Source: a phage
Direction: 5' to 3' (one strand)
Length of the DNA stretch: 64,000 nt
Assembly: GCA_011816565.1 (NCBI GenBank)
Contig: GCA_011816565.1_3614.1
Part shown: positions 20,185 to 28,653 of the stretch, one piece after another
Layout of the letters: each line of letters opens with the position of its first letter
Position numbering within the stretch: position 1 is the stretch's first letter
Translations under genes and position numbers: made by a program
The notes under the pieces: model-generated
Database searches by the model: none
Seen by the model: only the letters and a program-made list of their open reading frames with translations
What the model was told of the DNA's origin: nothing

Positions 20185-20630
20185 AACAGATATAGCTCCT
20201 TATGAAAGTGGTCTTTTAATTTCTCACTGAGAAACTTCTTGATACCTTCCTCTAAAGTGTTTTCGATGTAGTCCAGCTTAACTGCTTCGATGGACATATC
20301 ATAGATCGCCAGCTCTAAGCTGTCAAGTCCCATCATAGCATGAACCATAAGATTTTCATCTTCAGATACATTCAGGGGACTTCCTATAACATCTGTAGGT
20401 AGGATAGTTTCCCAATTATTCTGGGGGGTAGTTCTCCCACCATCCACTTTACGGCGCAGTTCGAAGGTGTTCTTAGTGTAGAACACTTCATAAGAAACGA
20501 TACGACTATCGCTCTCATAATAAACGAAGTTCAGGTAGGAGCCTAGCCGCAGTCGGCAAACTTCTACCCCAAACCATTGTTTCTTATAAGAATTCAGGCT
20601 AATGCTGTCGCATTCACGCTTGCTCAACAC
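20181..20630 (-). CDS. hypothetical protein
   Basis: 149-aa ORF, 4-nt overlap with downstream gene. Confidence 0.5.
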   Translation of the reverse strand: MLSKRECDSISLNSYKKQWFGVEVCRLRLGSYLNFVYYESDSRIVSYEVFYTKNTFELRRKVDGGRTTPQNNWETILPTDVIGSPLNVSEDENLMVHAMMGLDSLELAIYDMSIEAVKLDYIENTLEEGIKKFLSEKLKDHFHKELYLL

Positions 20631-20646
20631 GGCTATCTCCTTTTTG

Positions 20647-20880
20647 TTAATCTTCGTAAATCAGGATTTCTGCTTTAGGTTTTCGTGCTTTCAAGTCCAG
20701 CTCTATCCAGTGCACCATAGCTGTTTCAAGAAAAACAGCTTGGATGCATCCGTCCTCAGCGTGCCCCACCAACATAACAAGATCTTCACCTTCGTCATCT
20801 GCATCACGAACATACAGAATCTCTCCAGATTCAAAGTCTTTCACAACCTGATTGCTGGATAATTTACGAATTTTTGCCAT
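20647..20880 (-). CDS. hypothetical small protein (paralogue set)
   Basis: 77 aa; loose pattern (F..GE[IV][VL]) shared with the two adjacent small ORFs. Confidence 0.4.
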   Translation of the reverse strand: MAKIRKLSSNQVVKDFESGEILYVRDADDEGEDLVMLVGHAEDGCIQAVFLETAMVHWIELDLKARKPKAEILIYED

Positions 20881-20881
20881 A

Positions 20882-21145
20882 TCAGAAACCCTCTAAAAAG
20901 CTCTTGTAGAAAATAATTTCAGTATCAACACCAGTCACGATCTTGTCGTTCCTGATTTCATCGGTAAGATAGGTGTCAAAACGCAGAACCTGTGTGGTAT
21001 TGTCGCACATCCACTCAGCTGTGACCATGGCGAAAATCTTAGCATCTTCATTATCTGGTGTAAATGTTACCACCTCACCACATTTAAATTTTTCGATAGG
21101 TTGCGTGTTAGCTTTCGGTTCTGCAATAGTGATTTTCGTGGTCAT
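20882..21145 (-). CDS. hypothetical small protein (paralogue set)
   Basis: 87 aa; similar size and pattern to neighbours. Confidence 0.4.
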   Translation of the reverse strand: MTTKITIAEPKANTQPIEKFKCGEVVTFTPDNEDAKIFAMVTAEWMCDNTTQVLRFDTYLTDEIRNDKIVTGVDTEIIFYKSFLEGF

Positions 21146-21411
21146 TACTCTTCCTCCATAGTTTCACCAAATACTTCGATACGAGCATCGAGCTCGGTTG
21201 CTTTCAGCTCCCCAACAAAATATTTTAGTTCTTTCTTGTCCAGATCGTAAGCCCACACACAAGAAGAACATGCAGATTTCACAATCAGCAGCGTAGATAC
21301 ACGACCTGACTCTGTGATCATGCTCACAATGGTTCCCACAGGGAACGTGTTGATAGCTTTTTTAACTGGGCGTTCAGCTTTAATTACTACCTCTGTTGCC
21401 ATAAATAACAT
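21145..21411 (-). CDS. hypothetical small protein (paralogue set)
   Basis: 88 aa; similar size and pattern to neighbours. Confidence 0.4.
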   Translation of the reverse strand: MLFMATEVVIKAERPVKKAINTFPVGTIVSMITESGRVSTLLIVKSACSSCVWAYDLDKKELKYFVGELKATELDARIEVFGETMEEE

Positions 21412-21417
21412 CCTCTC

Positions 21418-22899
21418 TTACTTAGCGTACTCGATTAATTCCACAGTTTTCCCAAAGCTAGGGATATAATTTTTATTATACCCTTCGGTGAGAACCCATA
21501 AAGTATCGTACTTTTTCCACTTGTTGTCAACAGCCTTTTGTTCAAAGTTATGCTCAAAGTATAGGTCGGTCAGGACGATGACATCTTTTGCATTCGGTAT
21601 GTTGGCATCCAGATACTCGAACACGCAAGCAGCTGTTGTGCCCCATGTTGAGTGTACCTCATAGTTGATCATCTCGTCTATGTTGCCGCGAGTGTATACT
21701 TTAACCTCTCCGACTTCAGTTGACCAACAGAACATTGTAACCTTAAACTCTTTATACAGATTGCACAATCCGGTGATTTCATTGAACATTTTCTTTAAAG
21801 TTCTTTGAGAGATCGAGCCAGAAACGTCTAAAGCTACCACAATATCTATGGTGTTTTCCGGATTACGACCAGGAACAATAACGTGCTGGTTCTTGTTTAT
21901 AGCCCCAACTTTTCGCATTGTGCTGGTCAAAGACCCAGATCGGCGACCAGGTTTTCTGTAGGTCAGTTCAGCCTTTCGTTTAGACAACATGCGTTGCTTG
22001 ATGATGTCTATATAATTAATTACAGGCTTACCTCTATTCTTGACAAACTCACGAACCGCCTCAGGGCAACGGCCTCCGGAAGCTTGCATTGCTGCCTCCA
22101 GCATGTCACCAGAGTCCTGCATGGCCTGATCTTTATCAGATTGACTGATTACAGGTTGTGGCTGATCATACCCCATAGCCTTTCCAAGATCATCACTGGT
22201 GCCACCGTTACCACTCATGTGATCATCGGTTTGTCGCTTATCTTCTTGAGAGTTCTCACCTTTACCGCTCTTACTTTTACCGTTATTCTGATCTCTTTGC
22301 TTATCAAGAACTGCATAAACGTTCTCAGCAATCCATCCATGAAACTTCATGTCGCAGTAGCAGCTGGCTAAGAAGCCAAAAGGCTTACCTTTCACGAACG
22401 TAGTGCTTTTCCCCTTCGAGAAGAAAACACAAGGAGGTTTGCTAAAGTCAACCACAAGGCCTGTGTTGATAACGTGATCACAAGCAATATTGAACAGTTC
22501 CGGCTCAAAGCTTTTACCACGGACCAGGTGATCACAGATAATATGCCCCACCTCATGCGACAGAAGAAAGGCCACCTCTTTCACAGATTTGGGGGAATAG
22601 AAAACCTCAGCCATCTCAAACTGCTTGTCAGTTAGAGAGGCCTTAAGAATAGCCTTGCGTTCATCAGCCAATCCCATAATGAACTCAGGGCTGTAATAGA
22701 TGCGTTTATGGTCGGTTGCCATGGTGGAGCACCATGTGTGGTTTTCTACGAACTGCAACCCTGACAGCAGTGTGCCATAAAACGGCAGCTTTTCAAGGAG
22801 ATACATACGTGCAGCCTGCAACATTCTCAGGGCATCATCTTTCTGTGAGGCAACGATTTCTGAACTTCTGCTATCCATTAAAACTCCAGAAGGGGCCAT
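21418..22899 (-). CDS. putative metallopeptidase (HExxH) / VWA domain protein
   Basis: N-terminal HEVGH motif; C-terminal MIDAS-like motif (VVALDVSGS); acidic/Gly-rich linker. Architecture typical of partners of MoxR AAA+ ATPases. Confidence 0.55.
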   Translation of the reverse strand: MAPSGVLMDSRSSEIVASQKDDALRMLQAARMYLLEKLPFYGTLLSGLQFVENHTWCSTMATDHKRIYYSPEFIMGLADERKAILKASLTDKQFEMAEVFYSPKSVKEVAFLLSHEVGHIICDHLVRGKSFEPELFNIACDHVINTGLVVDFSKPPCVFFSKGKSTTFVKGKPFGFLASCYCDMKFHGWIAENVYAVLDKQRDQNNGKSKSGKGENSQEDKRQTDDHMSGNGGTSDDLGKAMGYDQPQPVISQSDKDQAMQDSGDMLEAAMQASGGRCPEAVREFVKNRGKPVINYIDIIKQRMLSKRKAELTYRKPGRRSGSLTSTMRKVGAINKNQHVIVPGRNPENTIDIVVALDVSGSISQRTLKKMFNEITGLCNLYKEFKVTMFCWSTEVGEVKVYTRGNIDEMINYEVHSTWGTTAACVFEYLDANIPNAKDVIVLTDLYFEHNFEQKAVDNKWKKYDTLWVLTEGYNKNYIPSFGKTVELIEYAK

Positions 22900-22911
22900 T
22901 GGCCCCTGTCA

Positions 22912-23955
22912 TTATTTAACGTGTTTGAAAATACCTGCCAACTCAGTCATTGTCATGCGAGTGGTCTTCATAAGATCTGTCATGGCTTTTTCCATAATTG
23001 GAGATACTACCATAAAGTTTCCTTTAGTGAAACCTTTATTCCAGTCGGTCACCAACAGCGGTTTAAGTCCAGCTCCGAGACGTTCACCAGTTAAAGCACA
23101 GCATTTGCGAATATATGAACTCTTAAATTGGCTGAACGACAGATCAACTTTCATACCTGCATCGTAGAACGTTTGACAATAGAAAGTGTAAGCCTTAGCA
23201 ACCTCAACATCATCAGGCAGTGCAGGAACCTCTTCTGCAATCTCCTCTTCGACCTCCTGAGGCTCTTTTTCCTCTTCAGAGTTCTGTTCTTCAATTTCTT
23301 CTGTCACAGTTTCGTTTACGATATCTGAAATGTGTTTGTTGGCTGCACGATCAGCCATGAAATTTTTAAAGTCCTGCATTGGTGACATATCTTCTTCCTC
23401 TTCGTCAAAAAGTGCTAGTTTATCTTCTTCTGTCCCGTATTGCAAGATGAAATCTTCGAAAGTATAATCACCTTTCAATTTCTCCATACGCTCTTCGCTC
23501 AGGTGGAGCATCATCTGCTGGACAATTTTTCGATCAGTTTTGTCTTTTATCAATATTGCAGTCTTTTTATCTACCAGACAGTCCTTCAGAGCGTTGCACC
23601 TCAACCCTACCACACAACAATTATCAATTGCGTAAGGACCTTCATCATCTATCCGCTCCAGAGATGGATAGAAAGGATTTCCCAGTCCGTTTTCATCTGT
23701 GTGCATGTCGAAAGGTATAAGGGTGTAGTCGCATACCCCTTCCCCTAAAAGTTTTTTACCAAATAGTAGGTATTCTTCCCACGACAGGTCGAACTCTATA
23801 TCTCGTTTCCGTGCATTATTCTGTTTGCGTCTATATTTTTTGAGCAGGCGCTCTAACTCTTCTGGTGTATAATATTTTTCAAGATTCATGAGTTGTCTCT
23901 CGTGCTCTGTAAGTGAAGAAATCTTATCAATTGTCTCAACAGATGTCAACATCAA
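22912..23955 (-). CDS. tandem HNH-like nuclease-domain protein
   Basis: Two repeats of a C..YT/TG ... S-L-E-R-I-D-D ... DN motif separated by a highly acidic linker; motif resembles zinc-ribbon/HNH homing-endonuclease cores. Confidence 0.4.
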   Translation of the reverse strand: MMLTSVETIDKISSLTEHERQLMNLEKYYTPEELERLLKKYRRKQNNARKRDIEFDLSWEEYLLFGKKLLGEGVCDYTLIPFDMHTDENGLGNPFYPSLERIDDEGPYAIDNCCVVGLRCNALKDCLVDKKTAILIKDKTDRKIVQQMMLHLSEERMEKLKGDYTFEDFILQYGTEEDKLALFDEEEEDMSPMQDFKNFMADRAANKHISDIVNETVTEEIEEQNSEEEKEPQEVEEEIAEEVPALPDDVEVAKAYTFYCQTFYDAGMKVDLSFSQFKSSYIRKCCALTGERLGAGLKPLLVTDWNKGFTKGNFMVVSPIMEKAMTDLMKTTRMTMTELAGIFKHVK

Positions 23956-23962
23956 AAACGTG

Positions 23963-23991
23963 TTGACTTTACTCTAAATCTCCGATATAGT
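23963..23991 (+). promoter_or_regulatory. sigma70-like promoter (TTGACT-N17-TATAGT)
   Basis: Near-consensus -35/-10 with 17-nt spacer in the divergent intergenic region upstream of 24032. Confidence 0.5.
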
Positions 23992-24031
23992 GCACCCATT
24001 CGAAAGAAAACTAACATAGGAGCACTCACTC

Positions 24032-24931
24032 ATGGCAAATCTTAACAGTTTTAGTACGCGGTGGCAACAGGATATAACAACCAATCTTTCAGCTGGAGAC
24101 ATCCTTTCTGCAATTTACGAGGCTTTAGATGATAAAGCTACTTCAAAAGCGGTTTGTACCAACCCATTAATTCCTATAGTGATGAAGGTTATTGAGCGTA
24201 GATTGGTATCTGGGTCTGATAAGTGGACATATTTAGATAATGAAGGACACACCTATTCCAATGGGTACGTCGATATAAAAGTAGAATACGCGGTATCATA
24301 CCGCCGGAGCGGTTCTGTAACTTTCAACTTCTCTGGAGGTTTTCGATCTCTGGCTACCTCACCTTTTGTTTCCGCAGAGGAGAAGTATGAGCTGCCATTT
24401 CTTTGGATGATGGCTAACGCGACAGGAAAAACCCCCGTTAGCATCCGAGTAAAATACAACTACAACGGATCTAGTAAGATCTATGCCGAAAGTGTCTCAG
24501 CAAGTTTTTATTTTGTGATGGGGGATGGAATCCTCAAACATATAAAGATGTGCGATATGCATGATGTTATAAATGAAGTGACTGATAAGAATGTTCTAGT
24601 GAAAGACCTCAACAATTTTTATACACCCGGAGACTATTACGTCAGCCGTCCACTGTGCATCTTTAATGCCGCACACCCTTTAGGTGAGTATTTGATCGCC
24701 AATAGTGATATTGCCAATAACCGCTTCGAGGTAGCAAGAGTACAGAATGAGGTATTGACATCTTGCAAGAGCGGTGATAAGTTCACCGAAGAAGAGATGG
24801 GCGTTTTAGAAATGATGGGATATAAGTGTAGCCTTTGGGTAGATGAGGTGTTTAATGACGGCATCTATGGACAGGATATTTACCCGTTAAAGAAGTATAC
24901 TGATTCCAGTTTAATTTGCGCGGAGATTTGA
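24032..24931 (+). CDS. hypothetical protein
   Basis: 299-aa ORF with RBS (AGGAGCAC) downstream of promoter. Confidence 0.55.
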   Translation: MANLNSFSTRWQQDITTNLSAGDILSAIYEALDDKATSKAVCTNPLIPIVMKVIERRLVSGSDKWTYLDNEGHTYSNGYVDIKVEYAVSYRRSGSVTFNFSGGFRSLATSPFVSAEEKYELPFLWMMANATGKTPVSIRVKYNYNGSSKIYAESVSASFYFVMGDGILKHIKMCDMHDVINEVTDKNVLVKDLNNFYTPGDYYVSRPLCIFNAAHPLGEYLIANSDIANNRFEVARVQNEVLTSCKSGDKFTEEEMGVLEMMGYKCSLWVDEVFNDGIYGQDIYPLKKYTDSSLICAEI

Positions 24932-24933
24932 CT

Positions 24934-25206
24934 ATGATGAAGGCATGTGGTAGTGTATACTATGTGGGTGAAAATGTTCAGGCAGACAATGTGTGGAAAT
25001 CCATTAAGTCCACCACCGATGATGCCTTCTTGAGCGGGTTATGTTTCCCCAATCCAGGGGACATCCTTCCTCACCCTGGAGATTTTGTTGTTAACAAGAT
25101 GGACGGTTATACCGTGTGCCTGATGGTTGAAAAAATCTTTTTAGACACTAGACACAATCACCGTCTTGTGTTAAAATTTCAAGAATGTAAAATGACAATT
25201 GCCTAA
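24934..25206 (+). CDS. hypothetical protein
   Basis: Start moved to the in-frame ATG after the upstream stop (track ORF began at 24916). Confidence 0.4.
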   Translation: MMKACGSVYYVGENVQADNVWKSIKSTTDDAFLSGLCFPNPGDILPHPGDFVVNKMDGYTVCLMVEKIFLDTRHNHRLVLKFQECKMTIA

Positions 25207-25219
25207 GGAGGCCTTACCG

Positions 25220-25576
25220 ATGTCTAAAGCTACTTATCGTGCAGCTATTTACTGCAATGAACACCCCATCAATAATGATGGTCACTGCCTTTTTAAAGAA
25301 AATCAGTTGGGCTGTATTGTCCTACCTGATGAAGGGAAAGGTTATCTGATTGCATTGACAGGGTTCGAGCCTGAAGCTTTGGAAGCCAATCTGGACTATC
25401 TGGTAGAAGAGGGTGCTGCAGACCTGGTTTCCAATGGCCTCGCCATAAGCCTTGACGAGGTGGAGCGCTTCATGGGCAATTACCGTGTAGTGCGTGAGTT
25501 TACTATCGAGGTGGAAACTCCAGAGTGGGGTAGCACTGAAACTAACGCCGAAGAAAAAGAAGAGGAGGCAGAATAA
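25220..25576 (+). CDS. hypothetical protein with acidic C-terminus
   Basis: Start at internal ATG preceded by AAGGAGG (track ORF from 25199). Confidence 0.45.
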   Translation: MSKATYRAAIYCNEHPINNDGHCLFKENQLGCIVLPDEGKGYLIALTGFEPEALEANLDYLVEEGAADLVSNGLAISLDEVERFMGNYRVVREFTIEVETPEWGSTETNAEEKEEEAE

Positions 25577-25833
25577 TGAAAGTGCAGATCTTGACTAATG
25601 CCGAGAAGATGTTTATTGAAGATACACCTTTTGAAGCTGGTGAGCTACAGTTCGTTTATTTTGTTGACTTAGATAAGGTGTTCCCTGCACTGAATCTGGG
25701 TCTGGATGAAGTTCCTCATAAAGTTTTGTGCCAAGTTGTTCGTGCCTTAGCGGCAGATGGGGATTTCCACACCCTTGAAGATATCCAGACCTACGGGTAT
25801 CTTGAACTGCAACGAGAAGAAGAGGTGGACTGA
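25576..25833 (+). CDS. hypothetical acidic protein
   Basis: 85 aa; start overlaps upstream stop (TAATG). Confidence 0.45.
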   Translation: MKVQILTNAEKMFIEDTPFEAGELQFVYFVDLDKVFPALNLGLDEVPHKVLCQVVRALAADGDFHTLEDIQTYGYLELQREEEVD

Positions 25834-25835
25834 TA

Positions 25836-26216
25836 ATGGCCCGGTGGAAGACAACAGTTGACCTTCATGATCAGTGGTTAGGACGCATCGCTGAAGACGG
25901 GAAACTAGTAGAGTGGGACAATAAGCATGTTAGCGAGTTGGCAAGCATTGTGGCTGGCAAGTTACGCTCCAAGTTCCCTGAACAACTGGATCCTGATAGT
26001 TCAAAGTTCGATCCTGAGTTGGAGGATGTTGTATACTACTTCGATACCGTGGATGACTACGATGCGTGGTTTGCAGCACGGGAGCTTTACCCACAAGGCT
26101 CTGCTATGCGCCAGATGGAAGAAGATTATCCTCCGTGTGAGCAATTCAATAGTGCAATGACTTGCCTCTATGATTGGGCAGATAAGAACCTTGTCTGGAT
26201 TCGGACTGCATTTTAG
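25836..26216 (+). CDS. hypothetical acidic protein
   Basis: 126-aa ORF in operon-like array. Confidence 0.45.
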   Translation: MARWKTTVDLHDQWLGRIAEDGKLVEWDNKHVSELASIVAGKLRSKFPEQLDPDSSKFDPELEDVVYYFDTVDDYDAWFAARELYPQGSAMRQMEEDYPPCEQFNSAMTCLYDWADKNLVWIRTAF

Positions 26217-26260
26217 TGGGCAGGAATGGCGGCAAGGATGCTGCTTAAGGAGTAGTAGAG

Positions 26261-26530
26261 ATGTTATACCAGCAATATGAACTTCGTGCAGAAAAAGAGT
26301 TAAATTTTGACAAAGATATTCACAGATATTATTATGGGAAAGTTAGAGGGCAAGCAAGAAAGTGTACTCCAACACTCTTTTATGCCAGCAGACGACTAGC
26401 GCCAGAAGAGGCAACAGCAGAAAGGGTTGCGTACAACTGGAGAGTCACGTATGATATTGACAGATTCGATGTGATATCTGTTTTGGAAAACTTTGAAAAC
26501 ACTTACACACAAGTAGAGGACTTTTACTAA
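26261..26530 (+). CDS. hypothetical protein
   Basis: 89 aa; stop overlaps start of the AAA+ gene (TAATG). Confidence 0.45.
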   Translation: MLYQQYELRAEKELNFDKDIHRYYYGKVRGQARKCTPTLFYASRRLAPEEATAERVAYNWRVTYDIDRFDVISVLENFENTYTQVEDFY

Positions 26531-27714
26531 TGTCAAGAAACGTATTCGAAAGTGGTCAAATCACTGTCCGTGAGTTGCCAGCTATTATTCAGTTTGCCCA
26601 ACGTCATAGCCGATCTGTCCTAATTTTGGGACCAATGGGTGTGGGTAAAAGCCAGGTGATGAAGCAGATCGCTGATAATATGTTCGGTGAGCGAGATGAC
26701 AACCTTGTTGACGTGCGACTGTCAGATAAAGATCCTGCCGACTTATCTGGGCTACCTATCCCTGTAGAAGCGGATGGAACTACACGTACAGTGTTTGCAA
26801 TTCCAGAATTTTGGCCTGCGGATCCTGACTGGAGCGGAATTATCTTTCTGGATGAGCTCACTCATGCAGATAACTACCTGCAAAAGGTTGCAATGCAAAT
26901 TATGCTTGACCACAAGTGCGGCACCTATGCATTCCCTAAGGGTTCTGTTTTTGTGGCTGCGGGTAACCGTTCTACAGATGGTGCGGTTCTTTCGGCGCTC
27001 GAAGCCCCTCTGGCTAACCGTTTTATCATTGTAGAGGTTACAAGCAATGCAGAGGTGTTTATTGAGGACTACGCATTCCTTAATGGGGTGCACTCCTCTG
27101 TAATTGGATATCTGAAAAGAGTTCCATCAGCTATCGATAATTATGAGGCCATGGCTGAGATTAATTGTCCATCTTTTGCCACACCGCGATCTTGGGTTGC
27201 TGCATCTGATATCTTGCACGATTTTGACAGCGGTATTATTTCTGACGCTATGGCCCGTGTTCTTCTGCAAGGTGCTATTGGTCACACTGCAGCGGTAGAG
27301 ATCTGGACATACCACACCAAGAAACGCAATTTACCGGAAATCGGTCGGATTATGGCAGGTGGCTGCAAAGAATACGTAGGCCCTAAGCAGCCAGACATTT
27401 TGTGGATTCTTGGATCTGAAGGTTGTATCGCTATTCGTAATATGATGGAAAATGCAAGTATCTCCGACGAAGATCTTGTTAGCTGTGTGGCAAACTTCCT
27501 CGATTTCCTTTGGGAAAACTTCAAGGACGAGAACCGAGATTTTGTATTCTCAGTCTTTATGGCGATGATGAAACCTAATGCCTTAGGAAATGCCTTGCTT
27601 ATCGGTAAAGGTCGTGACAAGATTGTTGCTCAGCTGATCAAAGCATACCCAAACCTGATGAAGATTGTAAAAGAGTTTGGTGAAGAGTTTAGCGCCATTT
27701 TGGCTAAAGCTTAA
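26530..27714 (+). CDS. MoxR-like AAA+ ATPase
   Basis: Walker A (GPMGVGKS), Walker B (IIFLDELTHA), length and layout of the MoxR/AAA_5 class. Confidence 0.6.
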   Translation: MSRNVFESGQITVRELPAIIQFAQRHSRSVLILGPMGVGKSQVMKQIADNMFGERDDNLVDVRLSDKDPADLSGLPIPVEADGTTRTVFAIPEFWPADPDWSGIIFLDELTHADNYLQKVAMQIMLDHKCGTYAFPKGSVFVAAGNRSTDGAVLSALEAPLANRFIIVEVTSNAEVFIEDYAFLNGVHSSVIGYLKRVPSAIDNYEAMAEINCPSFATPRSWVAASDILHDFDSGIISDAMARVLLQGAIGHTAAVEIWTYHTKKRNLPEIGRIMAGGCKEYVGPKQPDILWILGSEGCIAIRNMMENASISDEDLVSCVANFLDFLWENFKDENRDFVFSVFMAMMKPNALGNALLIGKGRDKIVAQLIKAYPNLMKIVKEFGEEFSAILAKA

Positions 27715-27723
27715 GGAGGTTGT

Positions 27724-28104
27724 ATGGCTAAAGTAGGTAAGCGGGGAAACTACCTGGTGGTATTGACCGAGGAGCCGGAGAAGGAGTACGAATGCAGCTC
27801 CACTTGCGTGATCGATATCCGAGAAAAAGATGTAGATGAAATCTGGTTTAAAATATTGGACGCTTGCGATAGCAGTGATTATTTCTTCATCTATGTCAAC
27901 GATAAGGCTGGGTTCTTCCATGACGACGGAGAGTTGCCGTATGAAATCTATGAACTTGTAGAGGCTTGCCATCGTGGAGATGCGGAGTTGTTTGGCTTAC
28001 GGCTGAAAAGCGGTAAATTCTTCTATCAAGATGAGTGCATGAATCTTCATAACTTTGTAGAGGGAACTTGCAACGATGGAGAGATTTTGGCACACTACGA
28101 TTAA
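27724..28104 (+). CDS. hypothetical protein
   Basis: 126 aa with RBS (AAGGAGG); followed by terminator. Confidence 0.45.
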   Translation: MAKVGKRGNYLVVLTEEPEKEYECSSTCVIDIREKDVDEIWFKILDACDSSDYFFIYVNDKAGFFHDDGELPYEIYELVEACHRGDAELFGLRLKSGKFFYQDECMNLHNFVEGTCNDGEILAHYD

Positions 28105-28116
28105 TTTCTAATACCA

Positions 28117-28143
28117 CCCCGCTTCGGCGGGGATTTTCTATTT
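28117..28143 (+). terminator. rho-independent terminator
   Basis: CCCCGC-TTCG-GCGGGG hairpin (identical stem-loop to 1765-1780) followed by ATTTTCTATTT. Confidence 0.6.
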
Positions 28144-28152
28144 GGAGTTATT

Positions 28153-28653
28153 GTGAAAATTAAGATCTTTGCTATTATTTTGAGCGCATTTTTATCGCTG
28201 CCTGTTGTTGCAGCACCAAAACAAAAAGTATATCATACTTGCAAGCCCTCAGATACTAAGGAAAACATTTTGGCATGTAATATCTACAGGGAAGCTAGAG
28301 GGGATGGCACGATGGGTATGCTGGCATCTGGGTTTGCCACATTAAACAGGAAATCTCACCCTAAATACCCAGACACTATAAGAAAGATTGTCTACCAACC
28401 TAACCAGTTTTCGTGGACAAACCACGGCAAAACTTTTAAGGTGACAGAAAAAGATTCATGGGATCACGCTAAAAGTCTTGCAAAGATGCTTCTAAAGGTC
28501 TATAATAACAACCATGTTGCATACATGGCTATGGATATAACAGGTGGAGCAACACACTACCATACAACCAAAGTACGACCGAAATGGGCAAAAAAGATGC
28601 AGAGGACAGCTCAATTCGGGAGCCATATCTACTACAAGGAGCGCAATAAATGA
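28153..28653 (+). CDS. secreted SleB/CwlJ-like cell wall hydrolase
   Basis: GTG start; N-terminal signal peptide (MKIKIFAIILSAFLSLPVVAA); Hydrolase_2 family signature (NIYREARGDG...GM...NR...IVYQPNQF). Confidence 0.55.
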   Translation: MKIKIFAIILSAFLSLPVVAAPKQKVYHTCKPSDTKENILACNIYREARGDGTMGMLASGFATLNRKSHPKYPDTIRKIVYQPNQFSWTNHGKTFKVTEKDSWDHAKSLAKMLLKVYNNNHVAYMAMDITGGATHYHTTKVRPKWAKKMQRTAQFGSHIYYKERNK

